Assembly: GCF_015708085.1 (NCBI RefSeq)
Contig: NZ_JADNYM010000018.1
Coordinates: forward strand, 61,708 to 93,707
Reading direction: 5' to 3'
DNA length: 32,000 nt
DNA from: Arthrobacter terrae
GTDB lineage: Bacteria > Actinomycetota > Actinomycetes > Actinomycetales > Micrococcaceae
Positions 26,642 through 32,000 of this stretch are shown here, one piece after another. Numbering within the stretch: the stretch's first letter is position 1; each line of letters opens with the position of its first letter. Position numbers and translations under genes: made by a program. The notes below the pieces were generated by a model. That model had not been told where the DNA came from, ran no database searches, and saw only the letters and a program-made list of their open reading frames with translations.

Positions 26642-27322
26642 TTACTGGCGCTGGTCCGGATGCGCCGGCCAGGGAGCATCAGCCGGACGCAGCGTGGAAA
26701 AACCGCTGGCGCGTGCGGCGGCTGCGGCGAGAATGCCGACAACGGCAGAGGGGTTATGCAGGGAACCGTCCAGGACCGCGGCGACGGCGTCCTCCAGCGG
26801 GACCCAGGCGAAACGTATCTCCGCTTCCTCCTCGGTGCGGGTGTGCCGGCTCCCCGCGTCGACTTCGGTGAGCCCCCGAGCAAGATAAATCCTGATCGCT
26901 TCGCTGGAGGAACCGGGCGAATTGAAAACATCCGCCAGGACCAGCCACGCGGAAGCGACCAAATCCGCTTCCTCGGCCAGCTCACGGGCAGCGGCGGCAA
27001 CGTGGTCCTCGCCGGAAACGTCCAGGAGCCCGGCCGGGATCTCCCACAGGGTCATCCCCACCGGATGCCGGTATTGGCTGATCATCAAGACTTCACCGGC
27101 AGTATTCATCACCAGCACAGCCACTGCCCCGGGATGGGTAATGTAGTCCCGCGTCAGCTGCTTTCCGGCATCCTGTAAAACGAAAGTATCACTGACTACA
27201 TCCCAGATCCGGCCGCGGTAGACCGTTTCGGAAGACACAAGTTCACGCGGGCTCAGCGAGTCCGCGAGGTCCTCGCCATCGTCCACGGTTCTACCCAGTG
27301 CACCGTCCGGATTGACCATCAT
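26642..27322 (-). CDS. NUDIX hydrolase, ADP-ribose pyrophosphatase-like
   Basis: 226 aa. Nudix box [24 protein letters not shown]. Its start lies 2 nt downstream of the pyrG stop. Confidence 0.85.
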   Translation of the reverse strand: MMVNPDGALGRTVDDGEDLADSLSPRELVSSETVYRGRIWDVVSDTFVLQDAGKQLTRDYITHPGAVAVLVMNTAGEVLMISQYRHPVGMTLWEIPAGLLDVSGEDHVAAAARELAEEADLVASAWLVLADVFNSPGSSSEAIRIYLARGLTEVDAGSRHTRTEEEAEIRFAWVPLEDAVAAVLDGSLHNPSAVVGILAAAAARASGFSTLRPADAPWPAHPDQRQ

Positions 27323-27324
27323 GC

Positions 27325-30617
<3,293 letters not shown>

Positions 30618-30697
30618 GCCATGATCCTACGGCCGCTCACCGACAGGATGAAAGTTTCCGCACCGGGAACGGGAAGCCGCCACCGTTGGCCATGGGT

Positions 30698-32000
30698 TCA
30701 GCGGCCGCTGCGCGCCTCATCCAGCAGTTCGCGGGCATGGGCCTGGGCCGTGGCGGAATCTTCCTGCCCCGCCAGCATCCGGGCCAGCTCCCGGACCCGG
30801 CCGGCGTCGTCGAGCAGGGTTACGTCGCTGGACGTGAACCCGCCCCCGGAGGTCTTAATGACCCGGATGTGCTGATCTGCGAAGGCAGCAACCTGCGGCA
30901 GATGCGTAACAACCAGCACCTGCACATGCTTGGCCAGCATGGCCAGCCGGCGGCCGATCTCCACGGCTGCCTTGCCGCCCACCCCGGCGTCGACCTCGTC
31001 GAACACAAAGGTGGGCACCGGGTCCACCGCAGCGAGCACGACCTCGATGGCCAGCATCACCCGCGACAGTTCGCCGCCGGAGGCGCCCTTGCCCAGCGGC
31101 CGGGGTGCTGCGCCCGTGTGCGGCTGCAGCAGGAAGACGATCTCGTCCGCACCGTTGATTCCCGGTGCGGACGCAGCGGAAATATCGATTACGAGTTTGG
31201 CGTCAGGCATGGCAAGGGCCGTCAGCTCGGCGCTGACCCGGCGGGACAATTCAGCTGCAGCCTTGGTCCGCGATGCCGTCAGCCGTGCGGAGAGAGCCGC
31301 CAGCTCCACCGCGGCCGCCGCCACCTCCGTCTCCAGCGCCTCGATCCGGCCGGAATCGTCCTGCAGTTCGTCCAGCCGGACGCGTGATTCTTCGGCCCAG
31401 GTCAAGACGCCGTCCACGGATGGAGCGTACTTGCGCACCAGCACGGCGAGAGCGCCCCTGCGGTCCTCCACTTCGGCGAGCCTGCCCGGACCGTCTGAAT
31501 CCAAGGATGTGGAATAGCCCGCCAGGTCACGGGCAATGTCCGCCAGAATGATGCCTGCTTCGGTCAGTCGTGCGGCGGCCGATCCAAGTTCCTCGTCATG
31601 GTCCGCGACCCCCTCCAGCAATCGTTTGGCCGTATCGACCAGGGTGGTGGCATCCGCGCCGGCGCCGAAATCGTCCGTGATCAGCGCCTCGCGTGCCTGC
31701 TGCGAAGCGAGCCGCAGTTCCTCCAGATTGGCCAGCTTGATGGACTCCGCCTTCAGCACGTCGTCCTCGCCGGCCTGCGGGTCCACCTCGTCAATCTCCG
31801 CCAGGGCCAGCCGCAGGGCCTCGGCCTCCCGGAGCCGCTCCCTGCCGTTGTGCCGCAGTTCCTCAAGCTCCGTCTGAGCATGCTGCCAGCGGCGGAACAA
31901 GGTCCGGTACTGCTCCAGCCCGGCGGCAAAAGTCTTCTGGAAATCCCCGGCAAACCTGTCCAGGGCATCGCGTTGGGCTGCGTTGCTCTTGAGCCGGATC
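30698..32000 (-). CDS. recN: DNA repair protein RecN (5' end outside window)
   Basis: Coiled-coil region plus a C-terminal SMC-like ATPase half (GGELSRVMLAIEVVL, FVFDEVDAGVGG). The frame stays open upstream of the track start at 31900 to the window edge (…IRLKSNAAQRDALDRFAGDFQK…). Confidence 0.9.
   Translation of the reverse strand, partial: IRLKSNAAQRDALDRFAGDFQKTFAAGLEQYRTLFRRWQHAQTELEELRHNGRERLREAEALRLALAEIDEVDPQAGEDDVLKAESIKLANLEELRLASQQAREALITDDFGAGADATTLVDTAKRLLEGVADHDEELGSAAARLTEAGIILADIARDLAGYSTSLDSDGPGRLAEVEDRRGALAVLVRKYAPSVDGVLTWAEESRVRLDELQDDSGRIEALETEVAAAAVELAALSARLTASRTKAAAELSRRVSAELTALAMPDAKLVIDISAASAPGINGADEIVFLLQPHTGAAPRPLGKGASGGELSRVMLAIEVVLAAVDPVPTFVFDEVDAGVGGKAAVEIGRRLAMLAKHVQVLVVTHLPQVAAFADQHIRVIKTSGGGFTSSDVTLLDDAGRVRELARMLAGQEDSATAQAHARELLDEARSGR

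Noticed and set aside
25666-27000. N-terminal extensions of track ORFs: xerD to 27000, pyrG to 29226, oxidoreductase to 18338, prpE to 20238, the convergent unknown to 10378, prpB from 22246, protease from 7924, Cys-rich protein from 5273.
   Set aside because: The extensions overlap the preceding gene, are Arg/Pro-rich, and precede conserved N-termini. Internal starts that abut or overlap the upstream stop, with RBS-like purine runs, fit much better.

Overview
High-GC actinobacterial chromosome segment. It looks Micrococcales/Arthrobacter-like from protein families and recN-pyrG-nudix-xerD synteny, but that is inference only. The window is densely coding, and I saw no rRNA, tRNA, CRISPR array, IS element or prophage signal. 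(1) 83-9904: a group 1h (formerly group 5) high-affinity [NiFe]-hydrogenase locus. It runs hypA-hypB-hhyS-hhyL, then five tightly or translationally coupled genes of undefined function, then the maturation endopeptidase and hypC. The five are a NifU-like/Cys4 Rieske-like fusion, a Cys-rich protein, two conserved unknowns and a 39-aa membrane peptide. A further conserved unknown lies convergent to hypC, with overlapping stop codons. hypD/E/F are not in the window. (2) 10094-13110: a siderophore/B12-class ABC importer with Tat-lipoprotein SBP, FecCD permease and ATPase. (3) 13159-17238: dctA, divergent from a DcuS/CitA-type two-component system. (4) 17247-24680: an MDR oxidoreductase, a propionate-CoA ligase, a GntR/FadR regulator and the prpDBC methylcitrate operon. 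(5) 24724-32000: a cupin, two NUDIX hydrolases, xerD, pyrG, an SDR/DUF2867-like protein and the 3' part of recN, which runs off the window. The least understood and most interesting part is the uncharacterised gene block inside the hydrogenase operon (4317-8299). The rest is ordinary core metabolism. Many long ORFs in the supplied track are antisense shadows typical of high-GC DNA and were not called. Several track ORFs were trimmed to internal starts that fit gene junctions and conserved N-termini.
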